Made by a program: the position numbers and the translations under genes
From: Phoronis australis
Lineage: Eukaryota > Animalia > Phoronida
Assembly: GCA_002633005.1 (NCBI GenBank)
Contig: NMRA01000625.1
Span: 178,895 to 242,894, forward strand
Direction of reading: 5' to 3'
DNA: 64,000 nt
In this document: positions 25,918-38,360 of the stretch, piece by piece
Layout of the letters: every line of letters starts with the position of its first letter
How positions within the stretch are numbered: the first letter of the stretch is position 1
Notes under the pieces: model-generated
Told to the model about the DNA's origin: nothing
Database searches by the model: none
Seen by the model: the letters and a program-made list of their open reading frames with translations, nothing else

Positions 25918-27112
25918 CACAAATGTGAAATCTCAAGTATGAGAACATACCATGAGAGGTAGAAGATATTAACTCTCAAGATTATTCAGGGGGTCATTAG
26001 TGATGTAGTTTATTGTCTCGAAAGTTATGTAACCACGTGAGTGGCATTCGTGAATTAAGTTTATGGTTGGCATTTTCGTTTTTCAAACTTAATTTGAACG
26101 TTATGCTAGAATTAATATACTTCAAATTTGCCAACAGTTTTAACAACAAATAGTTGCAACCGTTCAGTATGTTGCTGAAAGTTTCTCAAGTTTTAGAAGA
26201 CCAGCCAGTGACAATTCAAATCATTTGATTTGTTTTGCTTTCAGTGACAGATCAGGTGGGAAATTCGCACGTGCTCTATGTGATAAAAACGTCACGAACG
26301 TTTACGAAATATGATAAAATTAAATTGCACTGGCATATTTTAAGTGTCATTTTAAAATGTTTCAGTGTGCTATGAGAAAATCGATTGAAGAGATAGGAAT
26401 TCTATTCGAACCTATAGTTGGACCGCTAATACACCAACGATAACGTGATATAAAATTTGAAAACATTTTGATCTCAAGTTGGTCACTAATCTATTATGTA
26501 CATGTAATTCTTTACGACTTTCATCGAGTCTTCAAACATTATCTGCCAAAATAAACTGTTACAAACGGCATGGATAAAACTTAAAAAAAGTTGGGCTTAA
26601 AAACACAAGACACCCACATTCGGCCAATGGTAAATAAAACTAATTCGCATGTGTAGGATGAGACAATTTGTTAAAAAAACTTATCTTCGGTATAGGGGTC
26701 TTAACTTCATAACGCACAAGATGATACATGTGTGCAAGATTTTGTACGTCTGTGTGGGTGAAAGTGTGCGTGTATGCGTGTGTGTGCAGGATGTGCGCGT
26801 TTGCATCAAGTAAGCTTAACAGGCAACAATGTCAGTGCGTGCTTTATAAACTAGTATCAAGCCTCGGCGGTTCAGCCGCCAGCTCGCAGTCTACTTCGTG
26901 CAGCCGACTCGCGTGATAGGTGTTGATATTTTATTAAAATTAAATCATACATGACACTTTAGTTCACAACATAATAGCGCTGCAAAGGAAAGTTCATTCA
27001 TAATACACCGTACGGTTTGTTGCTTGCAATGTACACAATAATTATAAGTACCATCCGCAAAGTATAATACGAAGACAAGTAAACGCAAACAAGGCCAAGT
27101 TTTGAATCATTT

Positions 27113-27292
27113 AAGGTTATATGGGACCCTATAAAATGGTCAAATTTGGCTGACTTCTGAACAGCATATCTCATGAATGGCTTATGATCGGATTAATATG
27201 AAACTTTCGGATACTATGCGCCTTGCGTTGTTCTCAAAAACCCTCTTAGGAATTGTATTAAAATGTTCCACTTTTGCATGAGGGGCTATCAA
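27113..27292. mobile_element. Dispersed repeat, family B (reverse orientation)
   Basis: atgaaactttcggatactatgc...ccacttttgcatgaggggctatcaa; matches 51917-52095 and the reverse complement of 38170-38360. Confidence 0.65.
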
Positions 27293-28679
27293 AATAGGGC
27301 TTTAATTATATGATGTGGTGTCCTTGTAGGGAAGGACCAGCTTTCGTTGCTAAGTTACTCGGTGTCATTTTTGTTGCCAAACATGTGCCAGAATAGATTG
27401 GAGCCGTTTAGTCTCTATGTGTAACAGTACATTTAGTAATAAGCTGGTAAAATTTGGCCATTCGATCTTATTTAATAATCTCTAGAAACTGCAGCAGATT
27501 TTTGAGTGACAACATGAGAAAAGTGACCAAAGTATTGTACACGGCCACTGGGAAAAAATATAGGCAACCAGGCCTTCAGCATTTCACTTATAAGTATCGT
27601 AAAAAACTGAAGAAGCATTGTGGTAACTATTTTTCTCATTACAGCGTCCTGTCGTTCAGTAACTTTTCCAGACGTGAGGGGTGCTGAACGTGCGATAATA
27701 TCTGGCTTAACTTAACTTTCATTTTTATCAGCCCACCCCAGTCAGGCTAGATACGATCTGATCGGAGATTAGAGCAATTATCAAACAAAAGAGCGCAGGC
27801 CCTCCAACCATCAACGCCAGAATGGAGTTAATTGGCTACGGGGGGTAAACTTCCCAACTTGTTGTTGGGCTATACAATCGAACAAGTTGGGAGCAACGGG
27901 ATATCGCCGTCATGTGATGTTTATGACCCAAAACTGAAATGAAGTAATCGAATGAAATTTACGCAGATTTTTAATAATTCAAACCAACCAATTTATTCAT
28001 TGACTAACAACTGCAACGTAGGTCAAATCCATCTGCAACAGGGCAGGTGCTGTCGCCTCCCAGATGGGAACTTATTTCATGAACATCCATCATCAAGGAG
28101 CTGGTAGACATCAAGCCAAACGGGAAGATGGGGTCTGGAAAGACACACGCATACCGATCCTACCGACAACAAACGTGTAAGTCCCCCGTTGTTCGTTTGA
28201 GTTTTTCTGTCCCAGCAACCCCCAACATAGAGATGATTTAATTCTTATAATTACCACACATCCATCTAGTAAAATTGCCTGGAAGATTGTGTTCATTTCA
28301 ACTGAGCATCGCAAGTTGGTTGACGCTGCTATTTCCGGGTCATTCTGAATGTACTGCCCTTGAACACCATGACCAGCTGACGTCATTTTTTGTCTTCTAT
28401 GGGGGAATGATCCTGGCCTAACTTTTCTCGAGGTATTAGTTGCCGAACAGTTCGAAAAATCACCAGATTTTGTCCATGATATATCAATTTATTTTAACCA
28501 GAGTGTTCTTGCTGTGAAGTCATGACTAATGCTCTGCTTTCCACAAAAGGACCTTAGATAAGTGCTCCTGATGAATAGGATTTTTGCTGCTCTTGTCCAA
28601 ATCTATTGGCATAGTAAAAGGTCCTGATAAACGGGATGAGTTCCTTGTCTTTCCAAGCATATCTACGCTATTTTTTTAA

Positions 28680-28900
28680 TTTGGGATAAAAATAATTGCC
28701 ATATTTCTGTTTCTCAGATGCTTTCAACATTGTTGCAAATTCTCAAAATTTTTACCAAATATTGTTTGGTAATAGTTTCACCATACAAACCATGCTAAAG
28801 CAAAGTACATTATTCTGAAAACATATTTTTGTTGAAAAATTTGACAAAATGAAATTTCACCTGTCTGCCATATCATGTTCCAAACTGAAGAGTATATACC
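28680..28900. mobile_element. Family A repeat (reverse orientation)
   Basis: ttgcaaattctcaaaatttttaccaaat...ccatacaaaccatgctaaa...aaatttcacctgtc...ccaaactgaag. Confidence 0.65.
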
Positions 28901-29072
28901 AGAGTCCAACAATAACCCAAAACACTCCTCCCCACAAGACATCTGAGAACTAATCACGTTTGAAGATATTTATTAACCAGACAGGTGGCAACAGTTTATG
29001 TAAGTCTGTTCTGTGTACAAATTGTTAATTGCAGAACCTAAGCAAAGAAACATGTTTCAAGATGGCTATCGA

Positions 29073-29290
29073 GTGGCGACCTCTAGTGGAACAGTCTGGC
29101 ACCGGTTGTGGTGAAGTCCCATCCAGTCCCCTACTGGCAGTGGTGACCTCTTGTGGAACAGTCTGGCACCGGGTGAGATGAAGTCCCATCAAGGCCTCTA
29201 CTGACATTGGCGACCTCATACAGAACAGTCTGACACCTGGTGAGGTGACGTGCCACCCACGCCCCTACAGACAGTGGTGACCTCTAGCTG
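29073..29290. repeat. 67-bp degenerate tandem repeat (about 3.3 copies) in the RPUSD2 3'UTR, containing copies of the terminal exon 5' end
   Basis: Units start at 29073, 29140, 29207 and 29274. The segment cagtctggcaccggttgtggtgaagtcccatccagtcccct aligns to exon sequence cagtctggtacaggtgtgctgaattcccatccaggcccct (29330-29369). Confidence 0.85.
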
Positions 29291-29304
29291 CTCACAAACA
29301 CACC

Positions 29305-32300
29305 CTATTCTGTCCAGTCCTCCTTAGCCCAGTCTGGTACAGGTGTGCTGAATTCCCATCCAGGCCCCTGGTGAAGGAAACAAAGACAATACACTGAATG
29401 AATGTAGAAACAATAGCGTGAAGCAGATCAAATCGTACAGACATTTCATGCCACAAAGGGAAATGCGGCTTACATGTACCTGCACCAATGAATATTGCCA
29501 GAGTTAAATGAAACTCCGGTTTTTGCATGTTAACCTTACACAAAGTTAGTCAGCAGTAAACAGTCTTTGGTATGTAAACATCGTACGTAACACAATTGGG
29601 TGAGTGGTTACAGCTACACACAGTGGTAATGAGGTCTCGTCAAAATCTCCAACTTCACAATAAACCACGTTTACAGCTGCTAACTTAAACAACAGAACCT
29701 TTCAACGAACTTAACTCTGCCCACAATGGAATTGTGTGAAAACTGTGAATGCTAATACAGCAATATTTGAATATTTCTGGCCCACATTTTGAGAACCAGT
29801 TTGATGCACGTTATTCAGTGGAGAAAAATGGTTCTCTAAATGCAGGAATGTCATATCCAACAATTACCTGCTAACACGTCATATCCAAAAACCTCTGAAA
29901 GATAATTTTGACAAGAACAGACTTCCAGACCATGCATTATGCAGAATGTGTCCCAATATGCCCTAACAAGAGTATACATTTATAAAAAACCCACTTGATT
30001 TAAGCTAATGACAACAGTGGTTCCCCAATCAAGTCTAAATCCAGATTTCAATCTATTCTATTGCTAAGCATTCGCGTGCTCTTTTGTCTAGCATCACAAC
30101 TTACACACCAACTTTTTCTACCAGAAACACAATTTCAAAAGCCAAAAAAGATTAAAAATCATCAGTTTTAGTCCCCGATATATCGATTTCTTTCAGCCAG
30201 TGTTTCATTACCATGAAGCCATTGCTAATGCAGTAATTGCTCTTCTCCACACAATAGGACAATTGATTGGATTTTGTGATTAACAGTCCTCTTGACAGTT
30301 GGACTTGAGCAGATCTATTGATGGAAGTGCAAGGTGCCACGAAACAGGCCAAGTTTCTAACAAGGGAATCTTTGGAATGCCTCAGCCACTCAAATGACTT
30401 TCAATAACTATCAATGTCTCAGCCAGATTGATAGTAATGCACACACAGGGCAGTGTTTTTGCTCATTGTTTAAAAAGTATAAAGTAACATTTTTATGAAC
30501 CACGAGATAGTTTACAGATTGCTCACCTTATATGACAAAGCATGTAAATACATCTTGAGAGAGTCTGGACTTGGGTCTTTAAATCTCATCTTGCACATGG
30601 AGCAAGACTCATCCAGGATGTACTTATCAGGGTCAAAGGTTGATTCACTGCTGACCTTATCCACTTCCAAAGTGGGGTCGAGTTTTGGTCTCTTACAACT
30701 GGGTTCACTACCTGAACTGGCTCCACACTCAACATCACCTTGTACTACAGGCTTACTGACACAACTGTTATCAGTTGACACCAGGTCATTGGACACAGTT
30801 TGGGATAAGTTGGAGCATACGTCGTTTTCCTTGCTGCTACTATTGTTACTACGTACAACAACATGCGTACCATCTGATAATTTCAAATCTGTGCTTTCAC
30901 ACATTTTATTATCACCGTCCACACTACTGTCTGCAAATGATGCGCCCAGTTCAATCTCCTTGCAAGCTGAATCTTGACTTTTCTTGGTGGAATTGCAAAA
31001 CCCAGCCTCCATGTTCACAGTCCTTGTGCCTGGGCTTGTAGGATCAGTCTGACTCCCTGGCTCTTCAGAACCTTTACATACATTAATTGGTTCTACCCAA
31101 TGTTCAGGTGCGTGGAGCTGGGAAACATCCTCCAGAAGTTGCTCTTCTGTCTTGTGGTAGCGACCCCCTTTACCTTTTTCAGGTCCCCAGCATGTGCTGT
31201 TGTAGAAAGTGTCGTTGACGATGGGGTAGCCCAGGAATTGCAAGTGCACCCGAATTTGGTGTGTACGCCCAGTTTTAGGAATGCCTGAGAAATGAAGATA
31301 AGCAAATTTATTTGCATGCACAACAGTAAAAGCGATTTCCCAATCTCAAAGCAGTTGGAGTTTCTTATGTAAATTACCACAGAGCATCTTTTTGGCAAAA
31401 TACTACCTAAAGATCAAAATACCCAAAACACCTACGGCACGTAATGGTCCTGGTGGCTGCCTCCCCGGGTTTGCCACCCAAACAGCAAAGCATGCACTCC
31501 CATGGCAGGAATGGAGAATAAAATTGGCAACGACAGGGGAATGAAATTGGTGGCGATAGATAAAAGCCTGGAATTTGGGACAACGGGGAGGAAAAAGTTT
31601 AGCAAAGTTGAATTAGTTTGTGCCCCCAATAATTTTACTTTCTTGCAGACACCACTAGAATGAATTTATTACAGTGGAGTACTTTACCAACACTCATGCT
31701 TGCTGCTTACACTATACTTTTAACATTATCGCTCAACATTTTCCATCAAACGCATACAGAACAAGCCAAAAGTATTCAGACAAAATGACCCAGAATTCCC
31801 TGTCATAATGGCTGGGCAGAAGCCGAATTCATCTTCTGAGAAAGTGAATGAAGATGAATGAACAGCAAAGTTAGTAAGGTTACTAAGTCATTCTGTAAAT
31901 TAGAATTTTGCCATCTTGTAGCTTATTACCATTAATTTTTACTATTAACAGAGTTCACCGTCATGACGAGAAAACAGTATTTTGTCTGTTTACTTTCGTC
32001 TCATACACTGTACTCCACCGACTGCCATTGTCAACTTACATTTAACGACACTGGTTACACCATTGTAACTGAGCCTCTCAAACAAAGTGCTGGCTGGCTT
32101 TCCGCTGGCGCTGACTCTCTGAAGACCGATCTTGTGCGAGACGACATCAAGCGGCTCATTGCACTCCACAACACCACTAGAATTAGAGGGAGGTCTTTGA
32201 TGCAAATATGACGCTCACCACAGTGTGAGTGTTTGTCACAGTCTTTGATAAGTCAACTTTGTGAATTTTCTGTTCAAGTTAGCATGAGCCTTTTGATGGA

Positions 32301-35300
32301 GAAACTCAAACAACTGAATGTTGTATATTACTCTCATTTTCAGTCTGGTCTGCACACCACTTATTAGCCACACCACGTAACCTAATGAACGAAAAAAGTC
32401 CAAAAAGATTTCTGCTCCTAACCCATGACCTTCTACTAACCATGCAGACGCTCTAGAGCGTGATGAGGTCACGTGATGTGGCCAATAGGTGATGTGCACA
32501 CCAGACTTAAAATGTTTACGATTACTGTAAAATCGCACCAATTTTGGACTAAAATAATTGCCAAAATTTATCTTTTTTCATTTTTCAAAGACTTACGGAA
32601 GTTGTTAATGAATACAGTTTCTCAAAACATTGTCTGGCGGCAGCTATCATATAGAACATAAAAACCAATGAAGCATTTATCTTTATGAAAAAAGAAAAAG
32701 AAAATTTCTCTGATCCATCGTATTGTGCCTTAACTTTGTGAAATATTTTGTAACCATTGCCGAGCGCAAAATCATGCATTCATTAACCAACTAATGCTTT
32801 ACACTTGTCTGCAAAGTATGCAGGGACTTACTCTGGAAAGTGGCCTTCCACACGACACAGATACTCCTTGGTGACTTGACGTTGGGAGATTTGGTTTATC
32901 ATTGTACGCGACTTGTCTGATGAATAAGTCATTATAAACACACCAGAGGTCAGTCTATCCAGACGATAGAGTGCTGAAAAAATTAGATAAGACTGATCAA
33001 TGAAAACTTATGCATTGGGGAGGTTAAACAAATGTTGAGGACGTGTGGAATATAGTGTCTCACCTTTGGTAAACAGTTCAGAGCAACAAAACTTTTTAAT
33101 TTATATAAGTGCGCTGTTATAAATCAGAGCATTGATACCATGCAAGTAAGAATTATAAGTTTTCATACACCCCATATCTTGGTCACATCATGTGACCTAT
33201 TGTTGAGTCTGAAAAGACTGTTCGAAAGAGATTCCCTCCTGGTACTTCTTTATGCAGACTTAATTGTAGGTCACATGACATGACCAACATATAGTGTGTA
33301 TGAAGACTAATAATTCTTATTTATAACTAAAACTTTTTAATGTTAAGTAACAAATGAATGCAGTTTAGTGGGAACCAATAAACACATGCGCCTACTTTGT
33401 AGAAACATCACAAAACTGAAGACTTTTGATGAAATACTTACTACGAAGGTTCTTAAAGCCGTAGTCTTTGCCTAAAATAAACACAAGAGTGTTGTGTCTG
33501 TACCTCCCACAAGGGTGAACAGGGATGGACGACGGCTTGTTGACGACTACAAAATCATCAGTGGACTCGATGATTTCAATTTTATCAGCAGTCACCGGGT
33601 TTTCATGCCTGAGGTCAGAAAAATATAAGCAATATATTGTGAGTGGGACGTCTGTTGTCAGCTTCATAGGAACAAATCTGTCAAATCCCATTACGATCCT
33701 GCAAGGGGTTTAGGAGATACAGCTGCAGATGCAAGATGCCTAGACAGACACAGCAGCAATATGTGCCCACATATTTATATGAGAGAAAAACTTCAGCTGT
33801 CATCCATATTGCATCCTAAATTGGTGAGCTTTTACTGTGGTACCAATTTTTCCACTTGAAATTCAGTCAAGTTGTAGTTGTTAAGTATACCAAGTATTTG
33901 ATTCAATTTGGATAAAGAGGGTTTGGTTCTCACGTAGCCTTTTTTCGTGGAACACATTTCATTTTTGATAGGCAAGACTGCCAGCCTAGATTTCTGAATA
34001 TATCTGTGAGCCCAACAGTCTACCTTGTTGCCTTCAAAAATCCAGGTGACATGGAATGACTGATATACAAACCTATGCGCTGTGTGATTTATCATGTCAC
34101 CATTCTTCAGAGTATAGTCCAGTCCAACAGACTTCCCATTTACCAACATTTTACCACATTGTATGGTTTGCCTCTGAAACAAATATTGAGCTCTATCAAC
34201 CACTTCTTCATAAGGTAATTACAAAACTTGTGGTGTTCAAATGCTTCAACTAACAAGAGCATTTTGAGAACACAATAAACCCTAGCTGTGGGATGATAGG
34301 TGGATACCATCCTACTGAAACAAATCTGAGGTTCTACAATTTTACAGAGGCAGACTCAAAAGGTATAATTGCCACAAGGGGCAACTGCAGTAATCCAATT
34401 CATCCAAAAGTCAAAAAAGTAAAACTTTCATGGCCAGGAACACATCTACCAAATTCAATGATGATTCTTTAAAGAGCTTGGTAGACATAGAGGCAAATGC
34501 AAAAGAATAAAACTGGCACTTAGGAAAAAAACCAACACCAGCCATGACCTCTTCACTAGAAACATAATCATGTCAAATTTCACTACCTTTAACCAGACTT
34601 GGTAGGTATTGCGACAGGTACAAATAAATCAATGTCAGTCTTGCTCTACCCACAAGAAACATAACTGTCAAATTTCACAATATGATCTCAAGCATGTGCA
34701 AAAGTAATAAAATTAGCCAATGACAACATACCACATATTCAGGCGTGTCATATCTGAACTCTGAGGTGAACACATCATACAGTGTCCTACCATACCATCG
34801 CTCCTTTGCATACGTGGTGAAGGTGAAGAAATACGGATAGACCTTCCTTAAACCTGTCAATATGACACAAACAGTCCATTTACACACCATTCACATTCCA
34901 TCCCAACAGAGGGCAGATTGGACGTCTGAAATGACATCTGAAGGTTTTTCATGATTATTAACATCCGTCCGATGTCTGATCTCTCCTTGTCTTCCAAATT
35001 AGAAACCAGATTTGGCTTCTTTCCATGAAAAGGCTCTATTTCAAACACGCACATTGAGGTAAGCGTCTGGGGCTGGGATCAGTTCTTTGTACTTAAAATC
35101 GAACTCGAAATTATTTTTGCCAATTTCTGATTTACTTTGTGCAAACGCAAGATAAGTGGTAATTAGTCTGTGCTAGAGTACATTTCTGTCTATGCATACG
35201 AGTTTCTAGTCCAAGTTTGCACAAAAATGACCCCTACGTTCATGCTACAAACTCAAGTAAAAACTCAAGTTTTCAAGTAAAAATTCAAAATTTTGAGCTC

Positions 35301-36855
35301 AAACTCGAAGTTTTAACCTTAATGCTGGGGTCATCTAGTACAAATTAGAATTAAAAAGTTATGCACGCAAGCCATAAGCATAGAATAACCCTTATGTTAG
35401 AGTTCGTACAAAAGTAGAGTAGAAAATAACAAACATAATTTTGATTTTCAATCCAAAATAGACTTAAGGCCCTGATCACCCATGGTGATCGCATGATATC
35501 GGGTCATAATATTAGAAGGAGTTTTAATGATTTAGAATGTCCTAAATAAAGGGCTTTTGCTGAATTTTGATTGTGTTCCAACAAGTACATCCTAGTTAAA
35601 ACACAGTGTATCAAACATTAAATTTTGATCATCTAGACGGCAATTAACACGTCACGTTTTCTAATTAAACATGCTCTAGATACAGTAATTTAATAACTGA
35701 ATTGTTTCTAAGACATGAGCAATGACGTTCACAGCCCAGACTCACCATTTTCAAAGTAATATTCAGTTTCCTTCAATGATTCTTCCTCGAATCCTGGATT
35801 GTTATTCACTTTGTACTTTTTCTTCGGGGCCGAACCCTCTCCTCGTTTCATAGCCAAGAATTTTTCCTTTCGCAGCATCTGAAAACATGGATTATTAATA
35901 AAGACTAACTTTACCAAGAACTGTCATTGGCTCACATACTAACTATCCTGCAATATTGAATAAATCACGACTAGAAACACTAACGACCACGCACTCTCTG
36001 GCAAGGCAAAATATAAATGTCAACAGTCTTCCAAAAAGCTGGATGTCTCAATTTCTTAAATCCAAGCTCTCAGGCTACAAGAATTTGAAATGCCAGATAC
36101 ACTTCTGCAGCTAACAGAATGAAGAAGCGGAATTTGCAACTTTTGAGTAAAAAATTATGTCACAGAAAAATCATATTTTGAAAGAACTCGCAATCACGTG
36201 ATTACGAACACCTAACCATTGCTTTCCTTCACACAAGAAAATTCAGGGACCGCCAACTCAAGGCGCCAAGGTTTTAAAAATACGTAGTTCCAAGGGTCTA
36301 CTGTTATGGCAAAACCTCAGTCACTATTGTGGAACAATTTATTGTCCACAAATCAATCTTTTTCATCAAAGATAAGGAGCACCAAATAAAAGCTATAATA
36401 TTTTTAAAGAGCTACAATACTGTAGTAGACGATCTTCCGGTGAATCATATGACCCTCTGTTAGCAACTCGTTAACACACGACACAGGCAATTGCAGAATG
36501 GTTAGCACCTTGCCGGTTTTATCGGGAAAAATTAGGGTTTATTTTTGGATTACAAAAAAATAAAACATAGTCATAAACCAGCAGCACACACCCTTTTCAT
36601 TGCACGTTTTGACAATGACTTCCCGCTGGTCTTCGAGCTATCACTCGTCTCAGGTGCGATTGCTGATACTTCATCTCCACACTTTTGTCCGACGCCGACA
36701 GCATCGACGTTTTCTTGTTTTGGTTTCTCATTCATTGTCCTGTTAATGAACAAAAATCTAGAAATATGCAATCTTTTGGGACAAACGGAAGTACAGGTCT
36801 GAATATTTGGTTGCAAAAAGAATCCGCAAAGTCTCGAAAACACAGAATTTTTCAT
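29305..36855 (-). CDS. RPUSD2: RluA-family RNA pseudouridine synthase RPUSD2, about 628 aa from the first ATG or 588 aa from the ATG at 36735, 9 exons
   Basis: Exons: 36855-36592, 35878-35746 (ETEYYFENG), 34853-34732 ([21 protein letters not shown]), 34173-34073, 33608-33442 (RHENPV...[20 protein letters not shown]), 32973-32832 (YRLDRLTSG, catalytic Asp), 32176-32040, 31284-30527 ([21 protein letters not shown]...CSMC...MYLHALSYK), 29367-29305 ([20 protein letters not shown]). Splice phases are consistent. Confidence 0.94.
33148..33318. mobile_element. Palindromic MITE-like element in an RPUSD2 intron
   Basis: Inverted arms of about 65 bp: aagaattataagttttcatacac...atgtgaccta...agtctg versus cagact...taggtcacatg...gtgtatgaagactaataattctt. 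Confidence 0.7.
35085..35460. mobile_element. Degenerate long inverted repeat (old MITE)
   Basis: Paired segments tgacccc/ggggtca, tttgtgcaaac/gttcgtacaaa and aaaatcgaa/ttgatttt around a centre near 35280. Confidence 0.4.
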
Positions 36856-38169
36856 AACACCAGAGAATACTAAAAAAGGAATCAACGGGCGCGGCCATAT
36901 TGTAATTCCACTAATTATCTCCAAAGCGGAAAGAGCGAACAAACCATCCGGTACATGACTCAGTTTTTGTCCATCACTGATCATCGCCAAATGTCGCTCT
37001 CTTTCTCCCGTTGACAAAAGCAGAACGCAGCTACAGTCCGGCAGTTAGAAATTTACTGTCAGTGTCGGCTGGTTTTCTGCACCTGGCAGGCCGCCGCAGC
37101 TGGAACTCAAGGATATTGTCCACCACTTAGAGAGAGAATTCAAGAACCCATTTTTAGGGAGATTCCCTGAAAAAGTCACTCGGTGTACAAGTTGTTTGGC
37201 CGTATTTGAACTGAACTCCTCACTTTGAAAACTCTCCCTCAACAGCCACTGCCCTTTCCGGGCAATGCCGCGCACTGCGATCGCCAACTGATGAATGGCG
37301 GTACCCAATCTATGAAGCCAATCAGCTCCTCAACGTCGTACTGAGAAAATTCATTCAAATTTCCAAAGGTTTTTATTTATAATCTATGAAAAAGCATGAG
37401 AACAGTTTCACAGACTCTGTAATTCGTTAGCAAATATATCAATTACTAACAAGAATTTCTGATTATTAAATCTATGACCAGTCACTTCCTATTTGTCATT
37501 GTGCGATAATGTAACATGTGATTCTGAAATTGTGTGACTGTGGAAAATTAATTTGAATTGGCTCACCGGTAACATTGATCTGTATCTTCTTGATTTTTCT
37601 CCTCCTTCAGGGTGTCGCTTTTGTCGTTACTAATTTACTGTCAATAATTAATTCTTGCGGCTTCGATAACATTTATTAACGTTCCTGAGCATTTGAAGTA
37701 GGGGTCTCCCTAGGTATCTTTTATTCATTGTCTCATTATTTCAAACGACTGAGCCTTCGTCACGAACGGTTCGTGGGGTTCTGTACGTTTGTCTTTAGCA
37801 AATTTGTTTCCAGTCATTTGGGTTATGAAGGACCTTGTTGAAAAGTTTGTACATTTACCAAATATCTTAAAAACAAATAATAGAATTTGACTCGGTCGGT
37901 AAAAGCATATATTTATAGAAATTTCGTAGCATTTGATGTTTGACTTTATACCAGTGTGCCGCAAATTAGGTCAAGTGACCTTGCTTTTTATGAGAATTTC
38001 GTAAAAAAGAAAGGTACGTTCATAGAGGATCAATAACGTCACCGTATTTTGTATAATATAAATGTTCCAGATAAAATCTCATAAACGTTGCTGGTTTTTT
38101 GTTAATTATCGTTTGTTTTCGTTTTGTGGAACTTCAAACTTTTTTTTCAAAAAAAATCATGTCAGCAAT

Positions 38170-38360
38170 ACTTCTGATAGCCCCTCATGCAAAGGTGGAA
38201 CATTTTAAAAACAGTTTCTAATAGTGCTTTGGTGAACACCGCATAAAGTCTATAATACCTGTAAGTTTCATGTGAATCAGTCGGAACAGCAATTTCTGAA
38301 ACATGATGTTGCGAAGTGGGTCAAAATTGAACATTTTTTGGGGTCCTACGTGACCTTGAG
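38170..38360. mobile_element. Dispersed repeat, family B
   Basis: tgatagcccctcatgcaaaggtggaacattttaa...aagtttcatgtgaatcag...ggtcctacgtgacctt; reverse copies at 27113 and 51917. Confidence 0.65.

Noticed and set aside
28050-28400. Penelope GIY-YIG tail with a hammerhead on the minus strand
   Set aside because: Only short lookalike peptides (HNLPG, FPFGL) and no convincing stem II; not supportable.
30495-30977. 160-aa plus-strand ORF
   Set aside because: Antisense shadow of RPUSD2 exon 8.
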